Positions 47,968 through 56,735 of a stretch of DNA of 56,735 bases are shown here, one piece after another. The stretch is from an uncultured Dechloromonas sp. (lineage in GTDB: Bacteria; Pseudomonadota; Gammaproteobacteria; Burkholderiales; Rhodocyclaceae). The position numbers and the translations under genes are program-made. The notes beneath the pieces are model-generated. The model worked only from the letters and a program-made list of their open reading frames with translations, did not search any database and had not been told where the DNA came from. Position 1 is the stretch's first letter; every line of letters begins with the position of its first letter. The stretch covers positions 1 to 56,735 of the forward strand of contig CAZKSD010000001.1 of NCBI GenBank assembly GCA_964555315.1, given 5' to 3'.

Positions 47968-49147
47968 TTCTTACCCTGTCAAAAAGTCCAATCTGGGATT
48001 GCGAAGTCGCACACCACCCAAAATTTTCTGCATATCGACGTATTTCGCTCTGGCTGGGATGGATGGACATCAGATCGAGGAATGCCGCTGCAAAGGCGGC
48101 AGCGGTTCTGGACTCCATGACTCTACCGACAGCGGGTGAACTGACGATTTCTGTTACCCCTCCAACATTTGTTGCTATCACCGGTGTCCCGCAGGCCAAG
48201 GATTCCAATAGCACATTGGGCCAACCCTCTCGACTGGAGCATAGAGCCAAGGCATCGGCGGCGCTAAACAGCCATTTGAGTTCGTCGTTGGGGATTTCGC
48301 CGACCAAACGTACTCGGTGAGATAACTTTAACCGGGCCGCCAAGCGCTCAAGGAATTCCCTTTCAGGGCCGCTGCCAACAATGATCAAGCAGGTTTCATC
48401 CGGCAACAGGCCGAGAGCCTCGACTGCAATATGGTGTCCCTTGATTTCGACCAGGTGACCTACCGATAGAATGGTAGTGCGGTCAGGCAGGCTAAGTTTC
48501 TGACGGGCCAGTTTCTTTTCTTCAGGTTTGAAACGTTCCAGATCAACGCCGTTTCGAAGAAAGTATATCTTTTCCCGATCTCCACCAAGGGTTGCAAGGC
48601 GCTCTACCAGAGCTTTACTAACGCCGATGGATGCTGCTGCGGCCTTGGCTGTTTCGAGTATCAAACGACGCTGCCTTGGGAATTCCGGCAACAGGTTGAG
48701 ATCGCTCCCCCGTGCCGTAACCAAGAAGGGCTTGCCAATCCACTTGGAAATAAATCCAGCGGCGACACCGTCCGGGTAGTAGTAGTGGGCGTCAATCAGG
48801 TCGAAATCGAACCCGTCGTGAATCAGTTTCTTGATAGTGGTGATCGCACCTCCGGCGAGTGCGTATGGAGCAATGTTCATACCGACTTTGGGCGGCAAGA
48901 AATAACGGGGATGGAATACATCGATGTTGTTCCATTGCTCAAAACAGGGTGTGGCGGCAAAGCGACCATATTCGCCAAAGAGCTTCCCGGAGAATGGAAA
49001 CCAGGGAACCGGGGCGACGACCTTTGTTTCGACTTCGCCCGTTTTCAACAATTCGCGAAGACGTGTCTCGACGAAGATTCCGTGAACTGGTCGAACGGAG
49101 CTCGGAAAAAGCGTTGAGAACAGAAGTGTTCTTATTGGGCGAGACAT
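47960..49147 (-). CDS. GT4-family glycosyltransferase (TuaC-like)
   Basis: STLFP....P.HGIFVE, IDAHYYYPDG, TARGSD, EGWPNVLLESLACGTPV. Start at 49147 or GTG 49180. Confidence 0.9.
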   Translation of the reverse strand: MSRPIRTLLFSTLFPSSVRPVHGIFVETRLRELLKTGEVETKVVAPVPWFPFSGKLFGEYGRFAATPCFEQWNNIDVFHPRYFLPPKVGMNIAPYALAGGAITTIKKLIHDGFDFDLIDAHYYYPDGVAAGFISKWIGKPFLVTARGSDLNLLPEFPRQRRLILETAKAAAASIGVSKALVERLATLGGDREKIYFLRNGVDLERFKPEEKKLARQKLSLPDRTTILSVGHLVEIKGHHIAVEALGLLPDETCLIIVGSGPEREFLERLAARLKLSHRVRLVGEIPNDELKWLFSAADALALCSSREGWPNVLLESLACGTPVIATNVGGVTEIVSSPAVGRVMESRTAAAFAAAFLDLMSIHPSQSEIRRYAENFGWCATSQSQIGLFDRVRNA

Positions 49148-49187
49148 GCGCTTTGATGGTCTTGGCAAATCGGTCGTCACCGAATCA

Positions 49188-50405
49188 TCAATCCTTGTTC
49201 TTCCCCGTGAGAGTCAAGTAAGGCGAACGGTAGTTGGCAACACTGTTGCGCCAGTTGCGGATATTTTCGACAAACCGGCGGCCATTGGCCTTGAGTTCTG
49301 GCCAGCGTTGCTGGTTGTCGAGTAATTCAACGATGGCTTGAGCCAGTGCCCGCCGATCTCCAGCCTTGAAGAGGATGCCTGTCTTGTTGTGTTCGACGAG
49401 TTCCTTGTGGCCGCCGACGTCCGAGGCCACAAAAAGTTGGCCTTGGGCCATTGCTTCCAGGGGTTTCAGTGGTGTGACGAGTTCGGTGAGGCGGATTGGG
49501 TGGCGCGGGTACGCGAGGATGTTGATCAGGTCGTAATAGCGGCCTACGTCCTGGTGCGGCACGCGACCAGCAAAAACCACGACATCCTTAAGGCCAAGCT
49601 TTTCAGCTTGCTGCCGCAGATTGGCCTCCTGTGGGCCCCCGCCAACGAGCAGAACGCCAATGTCGGGTCTTTTTTCACTGATGGCGGGTACGGCTTCCAG
49701 TAGCAGGTCAAGCCCTTCGTAGGCATAGAAGGAACCGACAAAGCCGATAACCGTCTTGCCGGTCAACCCCAATTTCTGCCGCAGTATCGGGTCGGGTGGG
49801 CTGGCCAGTTTGAATGAGGCAGTATCGACAGCATTGGGAATTACCGTGACCTTGTCTGCCGGAATGCCGCGGGCCAGGATATCGGCCCGCAATCCTTCAC
49901 AGATGGTGAAGACGTGATCGGCATGCTGGATGGCGCGGGTTTCGAGTCTACGCGTGGCGCGATAACGCAGGCTTCCTTCAGTGGTGCTGCCGTGGTCGAC
50001 CGCCGCATCTTCCCAAAAGGCGCGGATCTCGTAGACAACGGGGATCCCGAGTTGGCGTGCTACCTTGATGGCGGGTAGCGCATTCAGGACCGGGGAGTGG
50101 GCATGAATGATGTCTGGATGCACTTCGCGTGCGACTTCTTCAAGCCGTCTTTCCGTTTGCTTCATGAGGCCAAGTTCTTTGCCAATTGGCAAGTGGGCCA
50201 GTGTGCCCGTCGCGGCCGGGGTGCGGTAGAAGCGCAGGCCGTCAACATCTTCAACGGCTGCCGATGTTTCGCCTTGCTTGGGCGAGGTGAGGTGAAAGGT
50301 TTCCCAGCCGAGCGCGCGCTGTTCGCGTAACAGCGCTGCGGTGCGGAAGGTATAGCCGCTGTGCAGGGGAACGGAGTGATCGAGGACGTGGAGCGTCCGT
50401 ATCAT
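49188..50405 (-). CDS. GT4 glycosyltransferase, PEP-CTERM/XrtA-associated
   Basis: HVLDHSVPLHSGYTFRT, YEIRAFWEDAAVDHG, VTPLKPLEAMA. Confidence 0.92.
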   Translation of the reverse strand: MIRTLHVLDHSVPLHSGYTFRTAALLREQRALGWETFHLTSPKQGETSAAVEDVDGLRFYRTPAATGTLAHLPIGKELGLMKQTERRLEEVAREVHPDIIHAHSPVLNALPAIKVARQLGIPVVYEIRAFWEDAAVDHGSTTEGSLRYRATRRLETRAIQHADHVFTICEGLRADILARGIPADKVTVIPNAVDTASFKLASPPDPILRQKLGLTGKTVIGFVGSFYAYEGLDLLLEAVPAISEKRPDIGVLLVGGGPQEANLRQQAEKLGLKDVVVFAGRVPHQDVGRYYDLINILAYPRHPIRLTELVTPLKPLEAMAQGQLFVASDVGGHKELVEHNKTGILFKAGDRRALAQAIVELLDNQQRWPELKANGRRFVENIRNWRNSVANYRSPYLTLTGKNKD

Positions 50406-52309
50406 GTGACCCCTCCCGGTTCCATGACGTTCCGCAGGAAGGCTTCAAACATCAGCAGCGTCCAGATGGAGGCGCTGTAGTCCCGGCCGCCGTTGTTGTG
50501 GGCATCGACCAGGTGCTTGAGGTATTCGCGATTGAACCAGCCGGTAGCGGCCAGGCGAGGGCCGAGCAGCGAGTCTTGTACGCGCTGCTTGAGCGGGCCG
50601 CGAAACCAGCGGGCGAGCGGAACCGAAAAGCCCATTTTCGGACGATAGAGAACGTCGCCGGGAAGATAGGGTTCCATCGATTTCTTGAGCAGGTACTTGG
50701 CTTCCTGGCCGCGGATTTTCTGCAAAGAGTTCAGCGTGGCCAGCCACTCGACCAACTCGTGGTCCATCAACGGCTCGCGAACCTCGAGCGAATGGGCCAT
50801 GCTGGCGCGGTCGACCTTGGTGTTGATGTCGCCAACCAGGTAGGTCTTTAGGTCAAGGTACTGGATCAACGCCAGGGGGTCATCGGTTTCGGCCTTGGCA
50901 GCGTGCCGCTCGAACACCTGGATGGCATCGTAGCCGCCAAGGGCAGACTTGAATGCCGGGCTGAACAACTGGTCGCGCATGGGTGCCCGCAGGATGGACA
51001 CGGAGTGAAAATAGCTTTCCACGGAGCTACGGGCGATGCCTTCGAATGTAGTCTTGGCACGGAAGACGCGGGGTGCCCAGTCGACCTTGGGGTAGAGTCT
51101 GCCGAGAGCGCCGAAAAGTGGGCGGCGCAGACTCTGCGGCAGTGCCGCGCGCATCTTTTCTTCCATCAGGTGCAACTTGTAACGGCGGTAACCGCCAAAA
51201 CTCTCGTCGCCACCATCACCGGAAAGGGCAACGGTGACGTGCTTACGCGCCAGTTGGCAGACGCGATAGGTGGGTATCGCCGAACTGTCCGCGTAGGGCT
51301 CGTCGTAGAGGCTGGCCAGCGTGTCGATGAGGTCGAAGTCGTCGCTTTCGACCATGTCGAGATAATGTCTTGTCTGGTAACGGTCGGCCACCATCCTGGC
51401 GAACTCGGACTCGTTGAAGGCAGGGTCGGAAAAGCCGATGGAACAGGTGTTGACCGCAGCATTCGACAAGCCGGCCATGATCGCCACCACCGCGCTGGAG
51501 TCGACGCCGCCGGAAAGAAAGGCCCCGAGCGGGACTTCGGAGATCATCCGCAGACGAATGGATTCTTCGAGTCGGTGGGTGAGTTCTGCGCAGGCATCGG
51601 CGTCGCTGATCGGATTGTCGAGCGTGAAACGGACATCCCAGTACTCGCGCGGCTCCCCGGCGGGCTCGCCGCGGCGGAGCAACAGCGTGTGCGCGGGAGG
51701 AAGCTTTCTGGCCTGCTTGAAGATGGAGCGTGGTTCGGCGACATAGCCGAGGGCGAAGTATTCCTCGACAGCGCAAGGGTCGATATCACGCCTCAGGCTG
51801 CCGTTGATGAGCAGCGATTTGAGTTCGGAACCGAAGAGAAAAGTACCGTCGTCGAGCAGGGCGTAGAAGAGTGGCTTGACCCCGAGACGATCGCGGGCCA
51901 GGAAAAGGGTCTCGCGGTTGCGGTCCCAGAGCGCGAAGGCGAACATGCCGCGGAAGCGGAGGACGCACTTTTCACCCCAGGATTCCCATGCGTGGACAAT
52001 GACTTCGGTATCGCTGCGGGTGTGGAAGGAATGACCCAGTGCCTGCAGTTCGGGGATAAGTTCCTGATAGTTGTAGATCTCGCCGTTGAATACCACGCAG
52101 ACGGTCTGGTCTTCATTGTAGAGTGGCTGCTGGCCGGTGGAGAGGTCGATGATCGACAAGCGGCGATGGCCGAGTCCGATCCCTGGTTCGACATGCAGGC
52201 CGCCCTCATCCGGGCCGCGATGAAACTGCGATTCGTTCATGCGGTGAAGGAGCGCGCGATCGATGTCGCGTTTGCCTCGGGTGTCGAATATTCCGGTGAT
52301 GCCGCACAT
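50402..52309 (-). CDS. XrtA/PEP-CTERM system amidotransferase (asparagine synthase, glutamine-hydrolysing)
   Basis: MCGI Ntn start, HRGPD, GHRRLSIID, FNGEIYN, LSGGVDSS, SGDGGDE, KMGF. Confidence 0.95.
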   Translation of the reverse strand: MCGITGIFDTRGKRDIDRALLHRMNESQFHRGPDEGGLHVEPGIGLGHRRLSIIDLSTGQQPLYNEDQTVCVVFNGEIYNYQELIPELQALGHSFHTRSDTEVIVHAWESWGEKCVLRFRGMFAFALWDRNRETLFLARDRLGVKPLFYALLDDGTFLFGSELKSLLINGSLRRDIDPCAVEEYFALGYVAEPRSIFKQARKLPPAHTLLLRRGEPAGEPREYWDVRFTLDNPISDADACAELTHRLEESIRLRMISEVPLGAFLSGGVDSSAVVAIMAGLSNAAVNTCSIGFSDPAFNESEFARMVADRYQTRHYLDMVESDDFDLIDTLASLYDEPYADSSAIPTYRVCQLARKHVTVALSGDGGDESFGGYRRYKLHLMEEKMRAALPQSLRRPLFGALGRLYPKVDWAPRVFRAKTTFEGIARSSVESYFHSVSILRAPMRDQLFSPAFKSALGGYDAIQVFERHAAKAETDDPLALIQYLDLKTYLVGDINTKVDRASMAHSLEVREPLMDHELVEWLATLNSLQKIRGQEAKYLLKKSMEPYLPGDVLYRPKMGFSVPLARWFRGPLKQRVQDSLLGPRLAATGWFNREYLKHLVDAHNNGGRDYSASIWTLLMFEAFLRNVMEPGGVT

Positions 52310-52326
52310 GTGCCGTTACTTCCTGT

Positions 52327-53484
52327 TCAAGCCGCCACGCCGGAGCGGCCCAGCAGTTTGTCATAGGTGTTCAGATAGGCCGCCACCATCGCGTTCATGC
52401 TGAACCTTTCTTCCACCCTCTCGCGCCCAAGCTGCCCCATGGTTTTCGCCTGACTGGGAGCCTTGGCGAGTTTGACGAGCTGTTCGGCCAACGCCTCCGG
52501 ATCGCCGGCCGGTACGATCTGGCCGGTGATGCCGGACGTCACGAGATCGGCATTTCCGCCGACGGCAGTGGCAATTACCGGCAGGCCGGAGGCCATCGCT
52601 TCGAGGATGGTATTGGAGATGCCTTCGGCGAGCGAAGGCAGGACAAAACAGTCGAGTCCGCCCATGATCTCCGCGACGTCACTGCGTTCCCCGGGCAACC
52701 ACGCGAGATCGCTGATTCGTCCGGCATCGAGCAGTTGTTTGCACTCCGCGCGCAACGGGCCATCGCCAATCATGACTAGGCGAAGACGCCCGGACAGGCT
52801 GGGATCGATTTCCAGAGCGCGGATGAAGGCCCGTACCAGCATGGGCTGATCCTTCACCGTCTGCATGCGGCCAACCGTGCCGACAATCCAGTGGTCGCAG
52901 CGCGAGAATGGGCAACCGGGGATCGAATGATCGAGTCCGGCGGGATGAAAACGATCGGAATCGACGCCGTTGTAGACCTGTAGCACCTTGTTTTCCGGAA
53001 TCTTGATTTGGGTGGTCAGATATTCGCGGAGATCTTGCGACAGGGCCAGGTAATAATTCACGAACGGCCGGTAGAAACGTCGAACACGTTGATAGGTGAC
53101 GTTGGAGCCATCGAGGTCTCCCACATCACGCCCGTGTTCGCCGTGAATGCGGACCGGAACGCCCGCGGCCCACGCCGGCAGTTGCGCTTCAAGCGCAGCG
53201 AGATTTCGGCTGTGGACAATGGCCGGTCGTAGGCGGCGAAACAGGGCGAACAGCCTGGGGAAGAGCCATATGCCATGGCCGGGTGTCTTGTTCAGCGAAA
53301 TGAACTCGACATCGTCACGCTGGATGCGTTGACGGAAGTCGGTGACCTTCGTCAAGGCGATAACGGCATGGCGATAGCGGTCGGCCGGCATGTGATTGAT
53401 GAGGTTGACGATGCCGTTCTCGAGACCGCCGGTATCAAAGCGGTACATGACGTGGGCAACAAGCGGGCGTGAGTCATAGCTCAT
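52327..53484 (-). CDS. GT4 sugar transferase, PEP-CTERM/XrtA-associated
   Basis: RFDTGGLENG.VNLIN, HGEHGRD..DLDG, EGISNTILEAMA. Confidence 0.92.
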   Translation of the reverse strand: MSYDSRPLVAHVMYRFDTGGLENGIVNLINHMPADRYRHAVIALTKVTDFRQRIQRDDVEFISLNKTPGHGIWLFPRLFALFRRLRPAIVHSRNLAALEAQLPAWAAGVPVRIHGEHGRDVGDLDGSNVTYQRVRRFYRPFVNYYLALSQDLREYLTTQIKIPENKVLQVYNGVDSDRFHPAGLDHSIPGCPFSRCDHWIVGTVGRMQTVKDQPMLVRAFIRALEIDPSLSGRLRLVMIGDGPLRAECKQLLDAGRISDLAWLPGERSDVAEIMGGLDCFVLPSLAEGISNTILEAMASGLPVIATAVGGNADLVTSGITGQIVPAGDPEALAEQLVKLAKAPSQAKTMGQLGRERVEERFSMNAMVAAYLNTYDKLLGRSGVAA

Positions 53485-55022
53485 CGGGCTTCACGCGTGG
53501 CATCGAGCATCTGATTGATCGGTCCGATTACCTGCATGGCGAAGGCGGGAAGGGAGTCCGTAGCCGATTCCTGATGGGGGGCGTAGAGGATGATCACGGC
53601 CGAATCATCGCCTCGCCCACGCAGGCGCGCGATTGCGGTCAGCAACTTCGCCTCGATGTCGGAAGCCGTCAGTTTGCCGTCGATCCAGTACCACTGCCAG
53701 ACGACAAGGCGTTGGCCGGCTGCGTCCGTGCGTAGCAGTTCGGCGGTTCGCACGCCTAACGGCATCCCGTCCAGAATGACCTCTTCGCGCTCCCCGGAGA
53801 CAACCAACCAGGCGGGGTCGCTGCTCGCGACCAGCACGTTGGTTGACGTCACCAGCTTGCGTTGGTAATCCTGATTGCGGTAGTAGCCAACATACAGGCC
53901 AACGGGCTTGTCTTCCAGTGCATAGGTGGCTTGCCGTTCGACTGATGCATTGACATACGCGGGCTTCCAGTTGGTGAAGGGCTCGGCCTCGCTCCATCCC
54001 GCCGGGAGCGTCAGTCCGGCGAGACTTGGTTCAGCCGCTCTTTCAGTCTGATCAATCGCGACAAAGCCAAGCGGACCGGCGGCGGCCGCGAGCGCAATGC
54101 CGACGGTCGCTATCCATGCCCTGACGGCAGGAGTTGCGGAGTGGAGAATGATGTGCGGCATCGGTACCGGCTTGGTGGCCGGCGGAACTTCGCTCCAGCG
54201 GGCGCCGATGATGAACATGATCGCTATGACGATTCCGAAAAAAAGCCAACCATAGATCAGGTGATCGACACCGGCAGCCACCTTGTTGCCCGAAAGGTGG
54301 CCTAGCATGACGATGATGTAGGCACGTAGCCAGTTGGCGATAACCGGAACGATGACCGATATTCCAATGAAGATGAGTCTTCGGCGAAGGGACACGTAGT
54401 TCAGGTACGCGAAGAGCGTGCCAACCGTGACCGAGGCGATGACGTAGCGGATTCCGCTACAGGCTTCGACTACCGACCACTTGCCCGAGGGGATGATGAA
54501 CTGCATGCCTTCCTGATATGCGGGGATACCGGTTACCCGCAACGCCAGGACAGTGAACCACGCGGTCCACTCCATCAGCGTGGGGACCATGAAGTCGCCT
54601 ACCGGCACACAAAACAGCAAGAATCCGAGCGGGAACGCAATCCGGCGACTGATCGGGAAGCCCAGTGTGGAAACGATGGCGAGCAGCAGGATGAGGACAA
54701 AGGTGAATTGGGTCAGCGCGTTGACTGCGGTCAGTTCTCCCATCAGCCAGAAGGCCGTGGTCGCGAGTACCGGAACGATAAGCCAAAGCGTCGGTTGAGG
54801 CCGCAGGCGAGCCAATTTGTGGCGTTTGCGCCAGATCAGCCAGAGACTTATCGGCGGCACGACGAATGCATGGGCGTATGTGTCGGCGCGAGCCCAGATG
54901 GCGACCATGGCCAGCGCCGTATCGTGATACCAATAAAGTACCCAGGCGATCAATCCGAAAAGCAAGGGCAGAACCTGCGTCCAGGAATCCCCGTGGTGCC
55001 CGGGACTTCCCTGTTCCCTCAT
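53481..55022 (-). CDS. xrtA: Exosortase A (EpsH domain fused to EpsI domain)
   Basis: Multi-TM protein with the catalytic motifs VVEACSGIR, ANWLR and DHLIYGW, plus a C-terminal EpsI region (VWQWYWI). Confidence 0.95.
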   Translation of the reverse strand: MREQGSPGHHGDSWTQVLPLLFGLIAWVLYWYHDTALAMVAIWARADTYAHAFVVPPISLWLIWRKRHKLARLRPQPTLWLIVPVLATTAFWLMGELTAVNALTQFTFVLILLLAIVSTLGFPISRRIAFPLGFLLFCVPVGDFMVPTLMEWTAWFTVLALRVTGIPAYQEGMQFIIPSGKWSVVEACSGIRYVIASVTVGTLFAYLNYVSLRRRLIFIGISVIVPVIANWLRAYIIVMLGHLSGNKVAAGVDHLIYGWLFFGIVIAIMFIIGARWSEVPPATKPVPMPHIILHSATPAVRAWIATVGIALAAAAGPLGFVAIDQTERAAEPSLAGLTLPAGWSEAEPFTNWKPAYVNASVERQATYALEDKPVGLYVGYYRNQDYQRKLVTSTNVLVASSDPAWLVVSGEREEVILDGMPLGVRTAELLRTDAAGQRLVVWQWYWIDGKLTASDIEAKLLTAIARLRGRGDDSAVIILYAPHQESATDSLPAFAMQVIGPINQMLDATREAR

Positions 55023-56230
55023 GTCTCGCGAAGGGAAGGCGCCGGAAGATAAGGGTCGATGGCCTTCATGTGGGCTTCCCAGGTGTAGCGCTCGACAACC
55101 CGCTGCCGCGCTGCCCCGCCCATTGCCGTTGCCGTTTCCGGGGCTTCCAGCACTTGACTGATGGCGGCAATGTATTCCTCCGGGCTGGTAGCTGTCAGCA
55201 ATTCCTGCCCCGCGACGGCGTCGACCGCGGCAGCGCAGGTGGCGGATGCGATGACCGGCCTGCCCATGGCCATGGCTTCCAGGATCTTGTTCTGGATGCC
55301 GCGGGCGATGCGCAAGGGAGCAACGACTGTGGCGGCATGCTGAAGATATGGGCGCACATCGTCGACGGTGCCGGTAACCACGATACGGTCACTGGCAAGT
55401 GCCAGCACCGCTGCTGATGGATTGCGGCCGACGACATAGAAGCGCACTGCCGGCCAGCGCTGCAGAAGGCCGGGGAGGACGTCCGAAGCGAACCATGTCG
55501 CCGCATCGACATTCGGCAAGTAATCCATGGCGCCGGTAAAAACCACCGGCAGTTCACCGGGAGGGAAGGGCGACGAGCGCGTATCGTCTACAGAGAAATA
55601 GTCGGTATCGACCCCGTTGCCCATCGCTTGCACGCGCACCCGGCATTCAGGCGCATTCCGGGTGAACAGCGCCACTTCATTGTCGGTCGCAAAAAAAGAG
55701 CGGGATGCCCATGCAGCCATGCGCCGTTCGTAGTCAAGAAGCAATTTACCCTCGCGACGGTAAAGCCGGGATAAGGGCCAGCGATGCTGCGGCGCGTACT
55801 GGGTCCACTTGGCTGAATCGACATCGACGAAATCGATGATCATGGGAATCCGGGGCTGCTCTTCGAGATATTGAGCCATCGCCGAGGAAAAGATGACGGC
55901 AGTGTCAATGTGGCGCCGCCGGCAGGTTTCGTTGACCCAGTTGCGGAGCGCCGAACTGCGGTAATAGCCCAGGGTAAGTGCTTCGCCCGCAAGCAGGCTG
56001 CTCAGACTGCGAAACCTGGCAATACGGGGATCAAGCCTGGCGACATGAACGTCAGCGCACAGGGTGCGCACTGTGGCAATGTGCCGCTCGTCATCCGGAT
56101 CGTCGATGAACGTGCCGAGAAAGACCCGGTGTTGTCTGGCCAGATGTTTCAGCAGGTTATACGAGCGCACCTTGTCGCCCTTGTTGGGCGGGTACGGCAG
56201 GCGATGAACGAGAAAGAGGATATCGGCCAT
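55019..56230 (-). CDS. GT4 sugar transferase, PEP-CTERM/XrtA-associated
   Basis: HRLPYPPNKGDK.RS, DFVDVDSAKW, FTGAMDY.PN, ARGIQNKILEAMA. Confidence 0.92.
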   Translation of the reverse strand: MADILFLVHRLPYPPNKGDKVRSYNLLKHLARQHRVFLGTFIDDPDDERHIATVRTLCADVHVARLDPRIARFRSLSSLLAGEALTLGYYRSSALRNWVNETCRRRHIDTAVIFSSAMAQYLEEQPRIPMIIDFVDVDSAKWTQYAPQHRWPLSRLYRREGKLLLDYERRMAAWASRSFFATDNEVALFTRNAPECRVRVQAMGNGVDTDYFSVDDTRSSPFPPGELPVVFTGAMDYLPNVDAATWFASDVLPGLLQRWPAVRFYVVGRNPSAAVLALASDRIVVTGTVDDVRPYLQHAATVVAPLRIARGIQNKILEAMAMGRPVIASATCAAAVDAVAGQELLTATSPEEYIAAISQVLEAPETATAMGGAARQRVVERYTWEAHMKAIDPYLPAPSLRET

Positions 56231-56237
56231 CTTCGCC

Positions 56238-56735
56238 TCAGCCGAGATTGCGGACAATATGGGGACCCAGCCAGTTGGCCAGTCCGATCGGCATGCGTCG
56301 CCAGGCGGCGATCAATAGCTTGTACTTGGGGTTGTTGGGATTGTTCTGCGGCACCGCGCCATGCTTGTAAAGGCAATACTCGTAATGCAAGCGCTGCGGC
56401 TCGAATCCCCAGTTTTTCTTGAAGGAGTAGGGGCCGGTGCCTTCCTTGCTGCGGCCATAATCGAAAATCCTGACGCCACGCTCGCAGGCGCGGCGCATCA
56501 GTTCCCAGTACTTGAAATCGTTCGCGGCAAGATGGCGGGCGCTTTCGTCGTCACCGGCGTAATAGGGCAGCACTTCGTCACGGAAATAGAAGGAGAGTAC
56601 GCTGCTCAGCAGTTGGCCATCGGGGCCGGTGACAGTCAGCACTTCGCAATCGTTGCCAAACGCCTGGAGCAGGGCTTCGAAGTACCGCTTGGGCATGGCG
56701 GGTGTGCCATGACGATGAACGTTGTCGGCAAAGAG
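56238..56735 (-). CDS. FemAB-like protein of the PEP-CTERM system, 5'-truncated by window edge
   Basis: HGTP..PKRYF, VLPYYAG, ANDFKYWELM, FDYGRSK.GTG...FKKNWGF. Confidence 0.92.
   Translation of the reverse strand, partial: LFADNVHRHGTPAMPKRYFEALLQAFGNDCEVLTVTGPDGQLLSSVLSFYFRDEVLPYYAGDDESARHLAANDFKYWELMRRACERGVRIFDYGRSKEGTGPYSFKKNWGFEPQRLHYEYCLYKHGAVPQNNPNNPKYKLLIAAWRRMPIGLANWLGPHIVRNLG

Noticed and set aside
50903-52366. 487-aa plus-strand ORF (likewise 28143-29189 and 29045-30199)
   Set aside because: Antisense to well-supported genes.
17681-56735. PEP-CTERM substrate genes for XrtA
   Set aside because: No ORF ending in VPEP-TM-basic tail was seen; substrates are presumably encoded elsewhere.

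Overview
GC-rich, betaproteobacterial-looking window (taxon inferred, not verified) with three blocks. (1) 1-2700 is housekeeping: the 3' part of relA, a small membrane protein and a lytic transglycosylase. (2) About 3100-17420 is a type I secretion island. It holds hlyD and a 2849-aa RTX protein with an FrpC-type Asp-Pro self-processing module. The AT-rich N-terminal 166 aa of that protein are translationally coupled to an AT-rich upstream multi-TM gene, which looks like a swappable cargo/partner (possibly toxin/immunity) cassette. Next come a RAYT-like HUH (Y1) transposase, an M14/AstE hydrolase and a broken hlyB. These pieces are punctuated by five copies of an AAGGGGTCAGAGAC-type motif, several with stuttered flanks, and one copy lies in a 108-bp insert that interrupts the partner gene. 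(3) 17680-56735 is a large exosortase A (PEP-CTERM)-associated exopolysaccharide locus. Its conserved core is on the right (FemAB-like, GTs, xrtA, amidotransferase, O-ligase, deacetylase). Its accessory part on the left has a CDP-sugar/C-methyltransferase module, Wzx, an FG-GAP protein, GNATs, ATP-grasp ligases, a LysA-like decarboxylase and lyase-like proteins, and shows decay (two internal deletions, an IS5 insertion, an IS1595 remnant). No rRNA, tRNA or CRISPR array was seen. All family calls come from motif recognition by eye; no searches were run.
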